A DNA stretch of 64,000 nucleotides from contig OZ244977.1 in the NCBI GenBank assembly GCA_965222995.1, positions 905,083 through 969,082 of the forward strand. The letters run 5' to 3'. A program made the translations under genes and the position numbers. Under the pieces are notes generated by a model that had not been told where the DNA came from, did not search any database, and was given only the letters and a program-made list of their open reading frames with translations. Source of the DNA: Bacteroidia bacterium (GTDB lineage: Bacteria > Bacteroidota > Bacteroidia > UBA8524). Position 1 is the first letter of the stretch. Each line of letters opens with the position of its first letter. Shown piece after piece: positions 1-9,648 of the stretch.

Positions 1-693
1 ACTCAAGAGGGAGCGAAGTACTTGGAAAAACCAATGGGGGGACGTGGTATATTGCTAGGTGGTGTACCCGGAGTAAAGCCCGCTGAAGTATTAGTTTTAG
101 GGGGAGGTATTGTTGGTACCCAAGCCACTAAAATGGCTGCAGGAATGGGAGCACATGTTACTATTATGGATATTTCACTGCCTCGTTTACGCCAGCTGGA
201 TGATATAATGCCTGAAAATGTAGATACGGTAATGTCTAACCATTATAATATAATGGATGCTATACAAAAAGCTGATTTGATTATTGGTGCTGTTTTAATA
301 CCCGGTGCAAAAGCTCCACATTTAATTACCAGAGATATGCTTAAGTATATGAAACCCGGAACCGTATTGGTAGATGTGGCTGTAGACCAAGGAGGATGTA
401 TAGAAACTTGCAAGCCAACCACACACCAAGACCCAACGTATGAAATTGATGGTGTAATACATTATTGTGTAGCCAATATGCCCGGTGCTGTGCCTTACAC
501 GTCAACAATCGCATTAACCAATGCTACTCTTCAATACGGGTTGCAGTTGGCAAACAAAGGTTGGGAAAAAGCTTGTAAAGAAAATGAAGAGCTTAAACTG
601 GGTTTGAATATTGTAGATGGTAAGGTGGTATATAAAGCCGTTTCAGAAGCTTTTGACCTTCCATTCCATAATGTTGATGATGTACTAGCGTAA
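1..693 (+). CDS. ald: Alanine dehydrogenase, C-terminal part (5'-partial; the frame is open from base 1)
   Basis: NAD-binding Rossmann motif VLVLGGGIVGTQATKMAAGMGAHVTIMD plus a C-terminal region typical of AlaDH/PNT family. The frame is already open at position 1. The TTG at 22 is only the first start-like codon inside an ongoing ORF. Confidence 0.8.
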   Translation, partial: TQEGAKYLEKPMGGRGILLGGVPGVKPAEVLVLGGGIVGTQATKMAAGMGAHVTIMDISLPRLRQLDDIMPENVDTVMSNHYNIMDAIQKADLIIGAVLIPGAKAPHLITRDMLKYMKPGTVLVDVAVDQGGCIETCKPTTHQDPTYEIDGVIHYCVANMPGAVPYTSTIALTNATLQYGLQLANKGWEKACKENEELKLGLNIVDGKVVYKAVSEAFDLPFHNVDDVLA

Positions 694-742
694 ATCTTAT
701 TTAAACGGTGATGTAGCATTATAAATGTTTACTCACATAAAA

Positions 743-779
743 AAAAGCCCCTTACAAATAAGTAGGCGGGCTTTTTTTA
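743..779 (+). terminator. Rho-independent terminator after ald
   Basis: aagccc...gggctt stem followed by a T7 run (aaaaaaaagcccc...ggcgggcttttttt). Confidence 0.6.
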
Positions 780-967
780 TGCCTAAAAACTGCTGAAATA
801 TTTATTACCCCAGCTTATGTAAATATGCTTTAATAGCATGATTTAGAGCTATACTTTTGTTGTGAAGATTAATTAAAGCCTTTACAAAAAGGGCTAGTAA
901 ATTATAAGTTTTTAGCGGCTAACATACCCGCTAAAAAACTTAACAAGCTATAAAAGGAGTATTACAA

Positions 968-1264
968 ATGGCAAAAGAAATTCATGCTTTGTTAAAATTT
1001 ATTAATGTAATTTTTTGTGTTGCACTATTGTTCTTGCTGGTGTATTACGTTAATGAAAGAGATACATATTATGGGAACGTAAGAGGTATATACGACCCTG
1101 CAATCAGAACTATATATGAGATTGTTTCGGTATTATTTATGCTAACCTTAATCCCTTTTACCATTGCAACATTTTACAAACTAAAACATAACCAGTTGGG
1201 GTTTGTAGGGGTAACAATAATTAATATATTTTTATTATTTTCAATATATTATATGATGTATTAA
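968..1264 (+). CDS. Hypothetical small membrane protein (98 aa, about 3 TM helices)
   Basis: ORF with hydrophobic segments. Preceded by a rare AAGGAG-like RBS (aaaaggagtattacaaATG). No recognisable family. Confidence 0.45.
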   Translation: MAKEIHALLKFINVIFCVALLFLLVYYVNERDTYYGNVRGIYDPAIRTIYEIVSVLFMLTLIPFTIATFYKLKHNQLGFVGVTIINIFLLFSIYYMMY

Positions 1265-1273
1265 ATTGCATCA

Positions 1274-1735
1274 ATGTCTCCACTATTAAAGAAACTTAAC
1301 TACAAAAACCAACAACAAGTTGTTCTTTTAAACCTTCCCAAAGAACAAGAGTACCTTATACAAGACTTTGGCGAAAACGCTAAAGTAATTCTTGATGCTG
1401 AACAGGCAAATGAAATTGAATTTGTGCTTATATTTTGTACTAAAAAAGCAGAGGTAGATGCCTATGCGCAACAAATAACTCCAAAGTTGATTGAGGATGG
1501 AGCCTTATGGTTTGCTTATCCCAAAGGAACATCAAAACGCTATAAATGCGATTTCAACAGAGATAATGGCTGGAATGTGTTGGGGGAAATGGGTTTTGAA
1601 GGGGTACGTATGGTTGCTGTTGATGAAGATTGGTCTGCTCTGAGGTTTAGAAAAGCTAAACATATAAAAACCATGACCAGAAGCTTTGCGATGAGTAAAG
1701 AAGGTAAAGCCAAAGTAAAAAACAGCAAAAAATAA
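1274..1735 (+). CDS. Hypothetical cytoplasmic protein (153 aa)
   Basis: Clean ORF 9 nt after the previous stop. No family recognised by eye. Confidence 0.45.
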   Translation: MSPLLKKLNYKNQQQVVLLNLPKEQEYLIQDFGENAKVILDAEQANEIEFVLIFCTKKAEVDAYAQQITPKLIEDGALWFAYPKGTSKRYKCDFNRDNGWNVLGEMGFEGVRMVAVDEDWSALRFRKAKHIKTMTRSFAMSKEGKAKVKNSKK

Positions 1736-1801
1736 TTTAGCAATTGCAGCGTTAATCATTTTTTTGGGTCTAATCCCACAAACTAATGATATTTGCAATT
1801 T

Positions 1802-2413
1802 ATGCAGAAAGCCGCATCACCAAATTTAAACAGCCAAGTAAACGAGAAGTTTTTAGTTAAAAACTTTATTGATGGTGATGAAAAGGCTTTTGAATCTCTT
1901 TTCAAAGTGTACTATCAAATGCTTAAAAAGGTAGCTCACTTTATTACTCAAGATGCGGAGCAGTGTGAAGAAATAGTGCACGATGTATTTATAAATATTT
2001 GGCAAAAACGGCAAAACATTAACCCTGAAGCTTCATTTAAAAATTATTTAATTACTGCCGTAAGAAACAGGTGCTTCAATCATCTCAAAGCAAAAAAACA
2101 AACACAATCAATTGATAATGATGAAAGTTGGGTTGAAGAGTTAGTTGCTGATACGTATACTGATACCAAAGCACAAGTAAGAGATGTGCAAAAGGCTATT
2201 GATGCAGCCATTGACAAACTACCTGAACAATGCAGGCTCATATTCCAACTGAGCCGATACGAGGGGATGAGCTATAAAGAAATTGCAGAAGCTTTAAACA
2301 TTGCTCCCAAAACCGTTGAAAATCAAATTGGGAGGGCATTAAAGTTTTTAAAAACCGACTTAAAAGACTTTTTACCTGCCTTTTTAATTTTTATTCTTTT
2401 AAAAATCAATTAG
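1802..2413 (+). CDS. RNA polymerase ECF-type sigma-70 factor
   Basis: Sigma-70 region 2 (VHDVFINIWQKRQ) and region 4 HTH (YEGMSYKEIAEALNIAPKTVENQIGRALKFL). The ATG at 1802 is preferred over the upstream TTG at 1793. An anti-sigma FecR gene lies downstream. Confidence 0.85.
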   Translation: MQKAASPNLNSQVNEKFLVKNFIDGDEKAFESLFKVYYQMLKKVAHFITQDAEQCEEIVHDVFINIWQKRQNINPEASFKNYLITAVRNRCFNHLKAKKQTQSIDNDESWVEELVADTYTDTKAQVRDVQKAIDAAIDKLPEQCRLIFQLSRYEGMSYKEIAEALNIAPKTVENQIGRALKFLKTDLKDFLPAFLIFILLKIN

Positions 2414-2489
2414 TTAGAAAATTTTTCAAAAAAAATCAGCTTAGCTTTAGGGGTATGGACTGTTGTGTTGTGTATATGGTGTAGAAACT

Positions 2490-2666
2490 ATGAAAATGAT
2501 ACAACAAATTATGAAAACAAAAATTATTCTGCTTGCCCTTTTGGCAACCTTTACCTTAACCCTTTTCAGCTCTTGTAGTGAGCTTGACTGTGAAGATGAA
2601 ATTCATCCTACTGAAGAGTGTGATACTCTTGAACCTTGTGATTTTGAAGAACCAACAGAAAACTAA
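2490..2666 (+). CDS. Small acidic Cys-rich lipoprotein or secreted peptide (about 58 aa precursor)
   Basis: Signal peptide MKTKIILLALLATFTLTLFSSC with a lipobox-like FSSC. Mature part SELDCEDEIHPTEECDTLEPCDFEEPTEN is highly acidic with 3 further Cys. Alternative starts at 2496 and 2511. Confidence 0.45.
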   Translation: MKMIQQIMKTKIILLALLATFTLTLFSSCSELDCEDEIHPTEECDTLEPCDFEEPTEN

Positions 2667-2694
2667 AACGATAAATTTTTTGAAAAGAGTAGAG

Positions 2695-3153
2695 ATGAAA
2701 AAGCAATTTAAATTGTTGAAGCAAATTAGTATAGTAGCAATTTTTGCATTGGCATTTAGTGCCTGCAAAAAAGACGAAGACAACACACCCAAGCCAACAA
2801 CCCAACCTACAAAAACTGATATATTAGCAGGAAGTGATTGGGTAATGAAAGCAATGGTAGTTGATGGAGTAGACTACATGCAGCACATGGAAGACTGTGA
2901 AAAAGACAACATTATGCAGTTTAAAGCTACCGGTATTTATGTTGATGATGAAGGAAGTTTGAAATGCGATTCTAAGGATAAACAAACACGAAAAGGAGTG
3001 TGGGAATTTATCGAGAACGAAACAAAGTTGCTTGTAGACAATGAAGACACATTGAATATAGATTTACTTAAGCCTGATTCGTTACTAGTATCAATTACTT
3101 TTAATGATGATGGAACTGATAAAACCCTAAAAACTACATTTGTAGCTAAATAA
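2695..3153 (+). CDS. Lipocalin-like lipoprotein (152 aa)
   Basis: Lipoprotein signal MKKQFKLLKQISIVAIFALAFSAC. Body resembles Bacteroidetes lipocalin-like domains (WVMKAMVVDGVDY...). The internal ATG at 2695 is chosen over the longer TTG-initiated ORF at 2578. Confidence 0.55.
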   Translation: MKKQFKLLKQISIVAIFALAFSACKKDEDNTPKPTTQPTKTDILAGSDWVMKAMVVDGVDYMQHMEDCEKDNIMQFKATGIYVDDEGSLKCDSKDKQTRKGVWEFIENETKLLVDNEDTLNIDLLKPDSLLVSITFNDDGTDKTLKTTFVAK

Positions 3154-3207
3154 CTTATTGAGATGGGTTTTTAGCCCATCTCAATTTTATTTTTTAACCA
3201 CCGAACT

Positions 3208-4197
3208 ATGATTACACCTGTACTAATAGCAAAATATTTTGAAGGTACTTGTACACCTGATGAAATTAAAGCCGTTGATGAGTGGAGAAACAAACACACT
3301 GATAACGAAAAAACTTTTGCCAAACTAAAAACCATTTGGGAAGAGACAGGTAAGGTGCGCCCGATTAGTGAAGTACAGGAAACCAATGCATCGTGGGAGA
3401 AGCTTAGTGCACGTATAAAAACTACTCCAAAAGCAACATCAAAACGCAGGTCATTGTCATTTATTTTACCACGAGCAGCAGCGGCTGTTTTAATATTTAC
3501 CAGCATGATAATATTTTATCTAACTCAAAAAAATAAAGAAACCGTTGCCGTGAAAATGGTTGAAATAAGTACCCAGAAAGGTGAGAAAAGACAATTAACA
3601 CTTGCCGATGGTTCTAAAGTATGGCTAAATGCAGAAAGCAGTATTAAATACCAAGAGAACTTTACAGGTGAAACCCGCGATGTGTATTTAGAAGGAGAAG
3701 CATATTTTGATGTAGAAAGTAACCCTTCAAAACCTTTTAAGGTACATACCGATGAGTTAATAACAAAGGTTTTAGGTACAGAGTTTAATGTACAGGCATA
3801 TAACGACCAGCAAAACATAATTGTAGCTTTGGATGAAGGTAAAGTAGCCTTAAATTATGAAGGGGAGAAAATAACCCTTAGTCCTGGTAAGCAAGTAAGT
3901 TTTAGCAAACAAACGCACAAGTTTAAGTCTACAGACATAGTAAACAAACACAACCAGTGGCGAAACAATGTATTAGAGTTTGATAATGTTACACTTGCTG
4001 AGGCTGTGAAAACAATTGAGCGTTGGTTTGATAAGAAAGTAGTGGTAGATAATAAAAAACTGGAAGGTTGTTTAATAACAGCAAGCTTCAATAACCCAAA
4101 AGTTGAAGATGTAGTTGAAATAATAACATCAATACTATCATTAGAAAATGAAGAAATTGATGGTGTTTATCATATAAAAGGAGATAACTGCCTTTAA
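3208..4197 (+). CDS. FecR-family anti-sigma factor / transmembrane sensor
   Basis: N-terminal cytoplasmic anti-sigma region, a single TM helix (AAAVLIFTSMIIFYL) and a periplasmic FecR domain (LTLADGSKVWLNAESSIKY...GEAYFDV...FKVHT). Positioned between an ECF sigma gene and an STN-domain TBDR. Confidence 0.85.
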   Translation: MITPVLIAKYFEGTCTPDEIKAVDEWRNKHTDNEKTFAKLKTIWEETGKVRPISEVQETNASWEKLSARIKTTPKATSKRRSLSFILPRAAAAVLIFTSMIIFYLTQKNKETVAVKMVEISTQKGEKRQLTLADGSKVWLNAESSIKYQENFTGETRDVYLEGEAYFDVESNPSKPFKVHTDELITKVLGTEFNVQAYNDQQNIIVALDEGKVALNYEGEKITLSPGKQVSFSKQTHKFKSTDIVNKHNQWRNNVLEFDNVTLAEAVKTIERWFDKKVVVDNKKLEGCLITASFNNPKVEDVVEIITSILSLENEEIDGVYHIKGDNCL

Positions 4198-4206
4198 AAA
4201 AATATC

Positions 4207-6813
4207 GTGAAAACAAACAAAATATATAGGCTGCTAATAGTTTTTGTATTGGTGTTTTGTGCTTCAAGCATAAGCATGGCGCAAAACTTATTAGACAAAA
4301 AAATAACTTATACAGCCAATAAAATAACATTAAAACAAGCACTTACAGAGATAAGTGAACAATTTGATATTCCCTTTTCGTATAGCGAAAGTATTATTCC
4401 GGCAAACAAACAGGTAAGTATATCTGCAACCAAAGCAAAACTGGCTGATGTGCTTGAAAATCTTTTGCCTCCATCAATAAAGTTTAAAGAACTAAGTGGG
4501 CAGGTGGTATTGGTAAAAAGACGTAAGCCATCATCAAAAAAAGTACATACTATTAGCGGGTATGTGAAAGAAGCAGGTAGCGGAGAGCATTTACTGGGGG
4601 TAAATATTTACGTACAAGGAACAACATACGGTGCAAGCACAAATGCCTATGGGTTTTATTCCTTAACTATACCGGGTGGGTTTTATGAAGTAACAATTTC
4701 ATATATCGGGTATAAAACGCAGGTAAAAAAAATTGTACTTGATAAAGACTTAGAACTTAATGCTGACCTTAATGGGGCCTTAGAGGTAAAAGAGGTAGAA
4801 GTTTCAGCAAAAGTGAAACCCTTAGAGAGTAACCGCTCACAAATGAGTGTAATAGAAATACCTGTTGAACAAATAAAAGAAATACCTGCACTTTTAGGTG
4901 AGAAAGATGTGTTGAAAGTAGTACAGCTAATGCCTGGGGTGCAAACAGGAAACGAAGGACAAAGCGGGTTTTATGTACGTGGAGGAGGGCCCGACCAAAA
5001 TCTTATAATACTTGATGGTGCACCTGTTTATAATGCATTCCACTTATTCGGTTTTTTTTCTTTGTTTAATGGCGATGCACTTAAAAGTGTAGAGCTTATT
5101 AAAGGAGGGTTTCCTGCCCGTTACGGAGGTCGTTTGTCGTCAGTACTTGATTTGCACATGAAAGACGGGCATAAAGAAAAATATCAAGGTGAGGTAGGAA
5201 TAGGGCTTATATCCTCTAGGTTTACCGTTGAGGGGCCTTTAAAAAAAAATAAATCCTCATTTATAATATCAGGCAGGCGTACCTATATAGATGCGCTGAT
5301 ACAACCTTTTATGCCAAGAGATGAGCGTGGAGGATATTATTTTTATGACCTGAATGCTAAAGTAAATTATGATTTAGGAAAAAAAGATAAGATATACCTA
5401 AGCGGTTATTTCGGAAAAGATAAATTTTATGCAAAAGCGGATTATGGCGACAGAGAGGACGATTATAAGTTTGAGTGGGGAAATGCTACAGCCACAGCAA
5501 GGTGGAACCACCAGTTTAATAGTAAGCTATTTGCCAATACCTCAATTATATTTAGTAACTACAGGTTTTTGGTTGGTGCTGATGAGAAAGACAAAGTAAG
5601 CGGAGATTTTTTTAGTCTGCGTTTCTATTCTCAAATTCGAGATTACTCAGTAAAATACGATTTGGGTTATTACCCTATTAATGGGCATCACATAAAAATG
5701 GGTGCTGCTATAATTTCTCACCAGTTCACCCCAAGTGCATTAGTTTTTAAAAACAGTTTCGGAGGGGATAACTTAGACAATAAACGTAAAATTAACGGAG
5801 TAGAAACAGGAATTTATATTGAAGATGATATGCGTTTGGGAGAGAAGTTTAAAGTTAATGCGGGTATGCGTTTAAGCCACTTTAATAATCGTGATAAGCA
5901 CTACATTTTTCCTGAACCTAGAATTTCAGCAGCCTACCAGTTGGGTAACAACACAGCAGTAAAATCATCATTTGCTATAATGAATCAGTATATGCACTTG
6001 GTAAGCAATACAGGTATTGGCTTACCTACTGATTTATGGGTGCCTGCTACCTCAAACGTTCCACCACAACGCAGTATGCAAATTGCAGCGGGTGTAGTAA
6101 AAGACTTTGTTAATAAAGATTTTGCAGTAACTGTAGAAGGTTACTACAAGGAAATGTATAATATTTTAGGGTATAAAGAGGGAGCAACTTTTTTAGTTTT
6201 TGATGACCCTACCAACGTAGATGATTACGCTTGGGAAGATAATGTTACCAGTGGAAAGGGGTGGAGCTACGGTGCTGAGTTTTTACTGCAAAAGAAAAAA
6301 GGAAGGTTTAGCGGCTGGATTGGCTATACCCTTAGCTGGACACAACTGCAATTTGATGAGTTGAATTTTGGTGAGAAGTTTTGGGCAAGGTACGATAGAA
6401 GACATGATGTATCGGTTGTGGGTATTTATAAAATAAACGATAAGTTTTCTATTTCAAGCACATGGGTTTACGGTACAGGGCAAGCTATAACCCTTCCGTT
6501 GGCAAACTATACAGGTGTATTTGATATACCCGGTAATGTAAATGGTAATACCAATATGCAAACCCAGTTAACAGATTATGGAAAGAAAAATAATTTCCGT
6601 ATGGCTCCTTATCACCGCATGGATATAGGGTTGCGTATGACAAAGGTTAAACCTAAATATTCTCGCACAATAGAGCTAAGTTTTTACAACGTATATAACC
6701 GTAAAAACCCCTTTTTCTATTATGCTTCAACAGAGTCTAGCGGGGTAACAAAATTGAAGCAGATAACTTTATTCCCAATTATACCTTCAATTTCAGTGAG
6801 CTATAAATTTTAA
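4207..6813 (+). CDS. TonB-dependent receptor with N-terminal STN (secretin/TonB short N-terminal) signalling domain and CarboxypepD_reg-like domain
   Basis: GTG start. Signal peptide. STN-like segment (ITLKQALTEISEQFDIPFSY...ATKAKLADVLENLL). CarboxypepD_reg (ISGYVKEAGSGEHLLGVNIYVQG...YKTQVKKIV). Plug (VLKVVQLMPGVQ...FYVRGGGPDQNLIILDGAPVYN). C-terminal barrel ending in F. Confidence 0.85.
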   Translation: MKTNKIYRLLIVFVLVFCASSISMAQNLLDKKITYTANKITLKQALTEISEQFDIPFSYSESIIPANKQVSISATKAKLADVLENLLPPSIKFKELSGQVVLVKRRKPSSKKVHTISGYVKEAGSGEHLLGVNIYVQGTTYGASTNAYGFYSLTIPGGFYEVTISYIGYKTQVKKIVLDKDLELNADLNGALEVKEVEVSAKVKPLESNRSQMSVIEIPVEQIKEIPALLGEKDVLKVVQLMPGVQTGNEGQSGFYVRGGGPDQNLIILDGAPVYNAFHLFGFFSLFNGDALKSVELIKGGFPARYGGRLSSVLDLHMKDGHKEKYQGEVGIGLISSRFTVEGPLKKNKSSFIISGRRTYIDALIQPFMPRDERGGYYFYDLNAKVNYDLGKKDKIYLSGYFGKDKFYAKADYGDREDDYKFEWGNATATARWNHQFNSKLFANTSIIFSNYRFLVGADEKDKVSGDFFSLRFYSQIRDYSVKYDLGYYPINGHHIKMGAAIISHQFTPSALVFKNSFGGDNLDNKRKINGVETGIYIEDDMRLGEKFKVNAGMRLSHFNNRDKHYIFPEPRISAAYQLGNNTAVKSSFAIMNQYMHLVSNTGIGLPTDLWVPATSNVPPQRSMQIAAGVVKDFVNKDFAVTVEGYYKEMYNILGYKEGATFLVFDDPTNVDDYAWEDNVTSGKGWSYGAEFLLQKKKGRFSGWIGYTLSWTQLQFDELNFGEKFWARYDRRHDVSVVGIYKINDKFSISSTWVYGTGQAITLPLANYTGVFDIPGNVNGNTNMQTQLTDYGKKNNFRMAPYHRMDIGLRMTKVKPKYSRTIELSFYNVYNRKNPFFYYASTESSGVTKLKQITLFPIIPSISVSYKF

Positions 6814-6817
6814 TATA

Positions 6818-7723
6818 ATGAAAGCCTTAAGAATCAAAATATATATAATATCACTTTCTTTAGTGGCGCTATTTAGCTCTTGCGAACGTGATGCTAAAAA
6901 TGTAGATATACCCAATATAGAATCAAAACTGGTTGTACAATGCTTTATAGCTCCACAAAACCCAAAGGTTGAAGCATTCGTGAGTTTTAGCAGCCCTATA
7001 TTTGGTAATGCCAGAAGAGAAGATTGGATTACTAATGCGACTGTTGAAATTACAGACGGAACAACGCTTAAAAAGTTAATCTTAGACAATAGCGGCAGGA
7101 CACCAAAATATCAGCTAGATAGCAGTGAGTTTAAAATAGTAGCTGGAAAAACATATACACTTTTTGTAAGTACACCCGATGGTAAAACAGTAAATGCAAA
7201 ATGTACAGTACCTCTTCCTATTGATGGTTCATCGCTAACTTTTAATTGGGATACTGTAGTGAGAACTAACCAAAATATAGGAGCAATTGAAAGAACAGTT
7301 AGGCTAAACATGAAGTGGAGAGATACAGACCCGGCTCGTAATTTTTTTAGAGCAGGAGCCAATGTATTGGTATATGCTGAGGACAGGCCTAATGATATAT
7401 TTAGAGAACGCATGTCAAACAACTCATTTTCTGATTTACAAACTGATGAAGGAAAAGATGGAGGCGAGTTGGAAAGAAATAGTTTAGAGCGAATTGTAAC
7501 AGAACAAATTGGTGGTAGTGTAGGGCGTTTTTCATTTAAGCCCAAAGGCATCGAAATATATATTGTGAATTGTGGCGAACATTATTATAAATATCATAAA
7601 ACTGCTGAAAATAATAATGGTGAAGACCCGTTTTCAGAGCCTACGCTAGTTTATTCAAACATCATAGGAGGTTTGGGGTGTTTCGGTGCCAGTAATCAGT
7701 TTATAAAATCTATTGAGTTTTAG
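6818..7723 (+). CDS. DUF4249-family lipoprotein (the usual downstream partner of this class of TBDR)
   Basis: Lipoprotein signal ...LFSSCERD. Gene sits 4 nt after the TBDR stop, the typical DUF4249 placement. Confidence 0.6.
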   Translation: MKALRIKIYIISLSLVALFSSCERDAKNVDIPNIESKLVVQCFIAPQNPKVEAFVSFSSPIFGNARREDWITNATVEITDGTTLKKLILDNSGRTPKYQLDSSEFKIVAGKTYTLFVSTPDGKTVNAKCTVPLPIDGSSLTFNWDTVVRTNQNIGAIERTVRLNMKWRDTDPARNFFRAGANVLVYAEDRPNDIFRERMSNNSFSDLQTDEGKDGGELERNSLERIVTEQIGGSVGRFSFKPKGIEIYIVNCGEHYYKYHKTAENNNGEDPFSEPTLVYSNIIGGLGCFGASNQFIKSIEF

Positions 7724-8732
7724 GGGTATTCTTTTTTCTGATAAATAACCAAACAACGGCAATTACACCCAGTATAACACTGTATAGCAATTGCATACCG
7801 TGGTTAAGTGTAGCATAGGCAAGTGCATTTACACCTGTCAACTGATATAAAATTAATAATTCACCCACCAAAAAATGATAGGCTCCCATACCACCGCCTT
7901 GTATAGGTAACGATTTTGCTATAGCCCCAACTGACATAACTGTAAACGCTGCCGCAATAGTTAGGTTTTCTGTGGCTTCAAAAGCAAAAAACCATAAGTA
8001 GCTGGTTAGGAAGTAACTAAGCCAAATAAGCAGTGTATAGAAAATAAATAGGACTCTTTTTTTCAGTTTAAAAATACTTATAACACCCTCAATAATATCT
8101 TTGGTAAAAAGCAGTATGCTATTGGTTGGTTGTTTTTTGTTTAGCCATTTTAAAACGATAATCAAAACTATAAACCCTATAATGGCTAGTGTAATCAACC
8201 CAATAAAAATGGTAAAAGCATATCCTCCCGTTTTCTTGTCAATAGGATTATAGATATTGGCAGTGAAAAAATCTCCCAAGAACTCAGCTTGAAGTATAAA
8301 GGATAAAAATACAGCCAAAAGCAAGCAAACCAAATCGACACAACGCTCAATAAAAACAGTTCCAAAGCTTTTTGCAAAAGGCACTTTTGCTCTTTCCTGT
8401 AAAGTGGCACATCGGGCAAACTCTCCCAATCGTGGTGTACCTATATTCACAAAGTAACCATACATTAAGGGAAAGAAAGTATATGGAAGCTTTGTTTTAT
8501 ATCCACTGGCCTCAAGTAATAATCGCCAACGGGCTGCGCGGGCAATACTGCCGAACAAGCTGGAAAACAAAACAGGAACAGTCCATAAATAATTGGCAGT
8601 TTTTAGTTGATTAGCCAATAACTTAAAATTAGTATCGACAAAAGCAAAGTATAACGATACAATTGCTAAAACAGCAAAAGCCCCATTAAATATCCTGTTT
8701 CGTGTCTTTTTATTTTTTAATGAACCAAACAC
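7710..8732 (-). CDS. UPF0104 / lysylphosphatidylglycerol-synthase-TM-like (flippase-like) integral membrane protein
   Basis: 340 aa polytopic membrane protein with conserved GxxARxxRWRLLL-type segment (SIARAARWRLLLEASGYK). Confidence 0.5.
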   Translation of the reverse strand: MFGSLKNKKTRNRIFNGAFAVLAIVSLYFAFVDTNFKLLANQLKTANYLWTVPVLFSSLFGSIARAARWRLLLEASGYKTKLPYTFFPLMYGYFVNIGTPRLGEFARCATLQERAKVPFAKSFGTVFIERCVDLVCLLLAVFLSFILQAEFLGDFFTANIYNPIDKKTGGYAFTIFIGLITLAIIGFIVLIIVLKWLNKKQPTNSILLFTKDIIEGVISIFKLKKRVLFIFYTLLIWLSYFLTSYLWFFAFEATENLTIAAAFTVMSVGAIAKSLPIQGGGMGAYHFLVGELLILYQLTGVNALAYATLNHGMQLLYSVILGVIAVVWLFIRKKNTPKTQ

Positions 8733-8811
8733 AAGTACTATCCGTTTCTGTACTATTACGGTTTTAATAACAACCGCTATTTTCGCACAAAAATATCATA
8801 GAAAATTAGGG

Positions 8812-9588
8812 ATGGATTTATTTTATAAAAAATATGAAGGCACAGGGAAACCATTATTCATATTTCACGGGCTTTTTGGTATGCTTGATAACTGGCATAA
8901 CGTAGCCCAAAAATTGTCTGAAAATTATACTGTTTATTCGACTGACTTACGCAACCATGGGCAGTCACCTCATAGCCATGAAATGAGCTATGAACTAATG
9001 GCTGATGATATTGCAGAACTGATTGTTAAACTAAAACTTGAAAAAGCTTATATACTAGGGCACTCAATGGGCGGTAAAGCAGTAATGGAATTTGCCTTAA
9101 AATATCCTGCAATGGTTGATAAGCTCATTGTAGCTGATATTGGTATACAAGGGTATAGGAGAGGACATGACGATATTTTTGATGCTATTATACCTTTAAA
9201 ATTGGATGAATTTAAAACAAGGGGTGAAATAGATGAATATTTAAAAGTCGATTTACCAGATTTTGGAGTTCGCCAGTTTATTTTAAAAAACCTTAACCGA
9301 CAAAACAATGAAGGGTACACATGGAAAATGAATTTAGAAGCTATATATAAGAATTATGAAAATATAATAGCTGGTATTGAAAACGGGAGAAGTTTTGATG
9401 GAGAAACCCTTTTTATGCGGGGTGGTAAATCTAGGTATGTAAAAGATGAAGATTGGCAAGATATTCAACAGCTTTTTACTAATGCCAGGCTTGAAACAAT
9501 TGAAGGCGCAGGACATTGGGTACATGCTGAGAAACCTGATGAAGTAGTAAAGCTTGTGAGAGCTTTTTTTAAATTAACAATTGAATAA
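8812..9588 (+). CDS. Alpha/beta hydrolase fold protein
   Basis: GHSMGG nucleophile elbow. HG oxyanion (FIFHGLFG). C-terminal His (GAGHWVHAE). Confidence 0.8.
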   Translation: MDLFYKKYEGTGKPLFIFHGLFGMLDNWHNVAQKLSENYTVYSTDLRNHGQSPHSHEMSYELMADDIAELIVKLKLEKAYILGHSMGGKAVMEFALKYPAMVDKLIVADIGIQGYRRGHDDIFDAIIPLKLDEFKTRGEIDEYLKVDLPDFGVRQFILKNLNRQNNEGYTWKMNLEAIYKNYENIIAGIENGRSFDGETLFMRGGKSRYVKDEDWQDIQQLFTNARLETIEGAGHWVHAEKPDEVVKLVRAFFKLTIE

Positions 9589-9648
9589 AATGCTGATGAG
9601 TTGATTAAGGCGTGTTGGCACATTGATAAAATTGAACTACCTTTGCAC

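Noticed and set aside
952-960. AAGGAG Shine-Dalgarno upstream of the 98-aa membrane ORF, considered as evidence of foreign origin
   Set aside because: A single SD-like hexamer is insufficient evidence. Composition and codon usage of the ORF look like the rest of the window.
1532-1798. Two minus-strand ORFs (88 and 67 aa) overlapping the 3' end of the 153-aa gene
   Set aside because: Antisense overlaps with hydrophobic low-complexity translation. No RBS or promoter context.
8372-8614. 80-aa plus-strand ORF
   Set aside because: Fully antisense to the UPF0104 membrane protein gene, with no independent signals.
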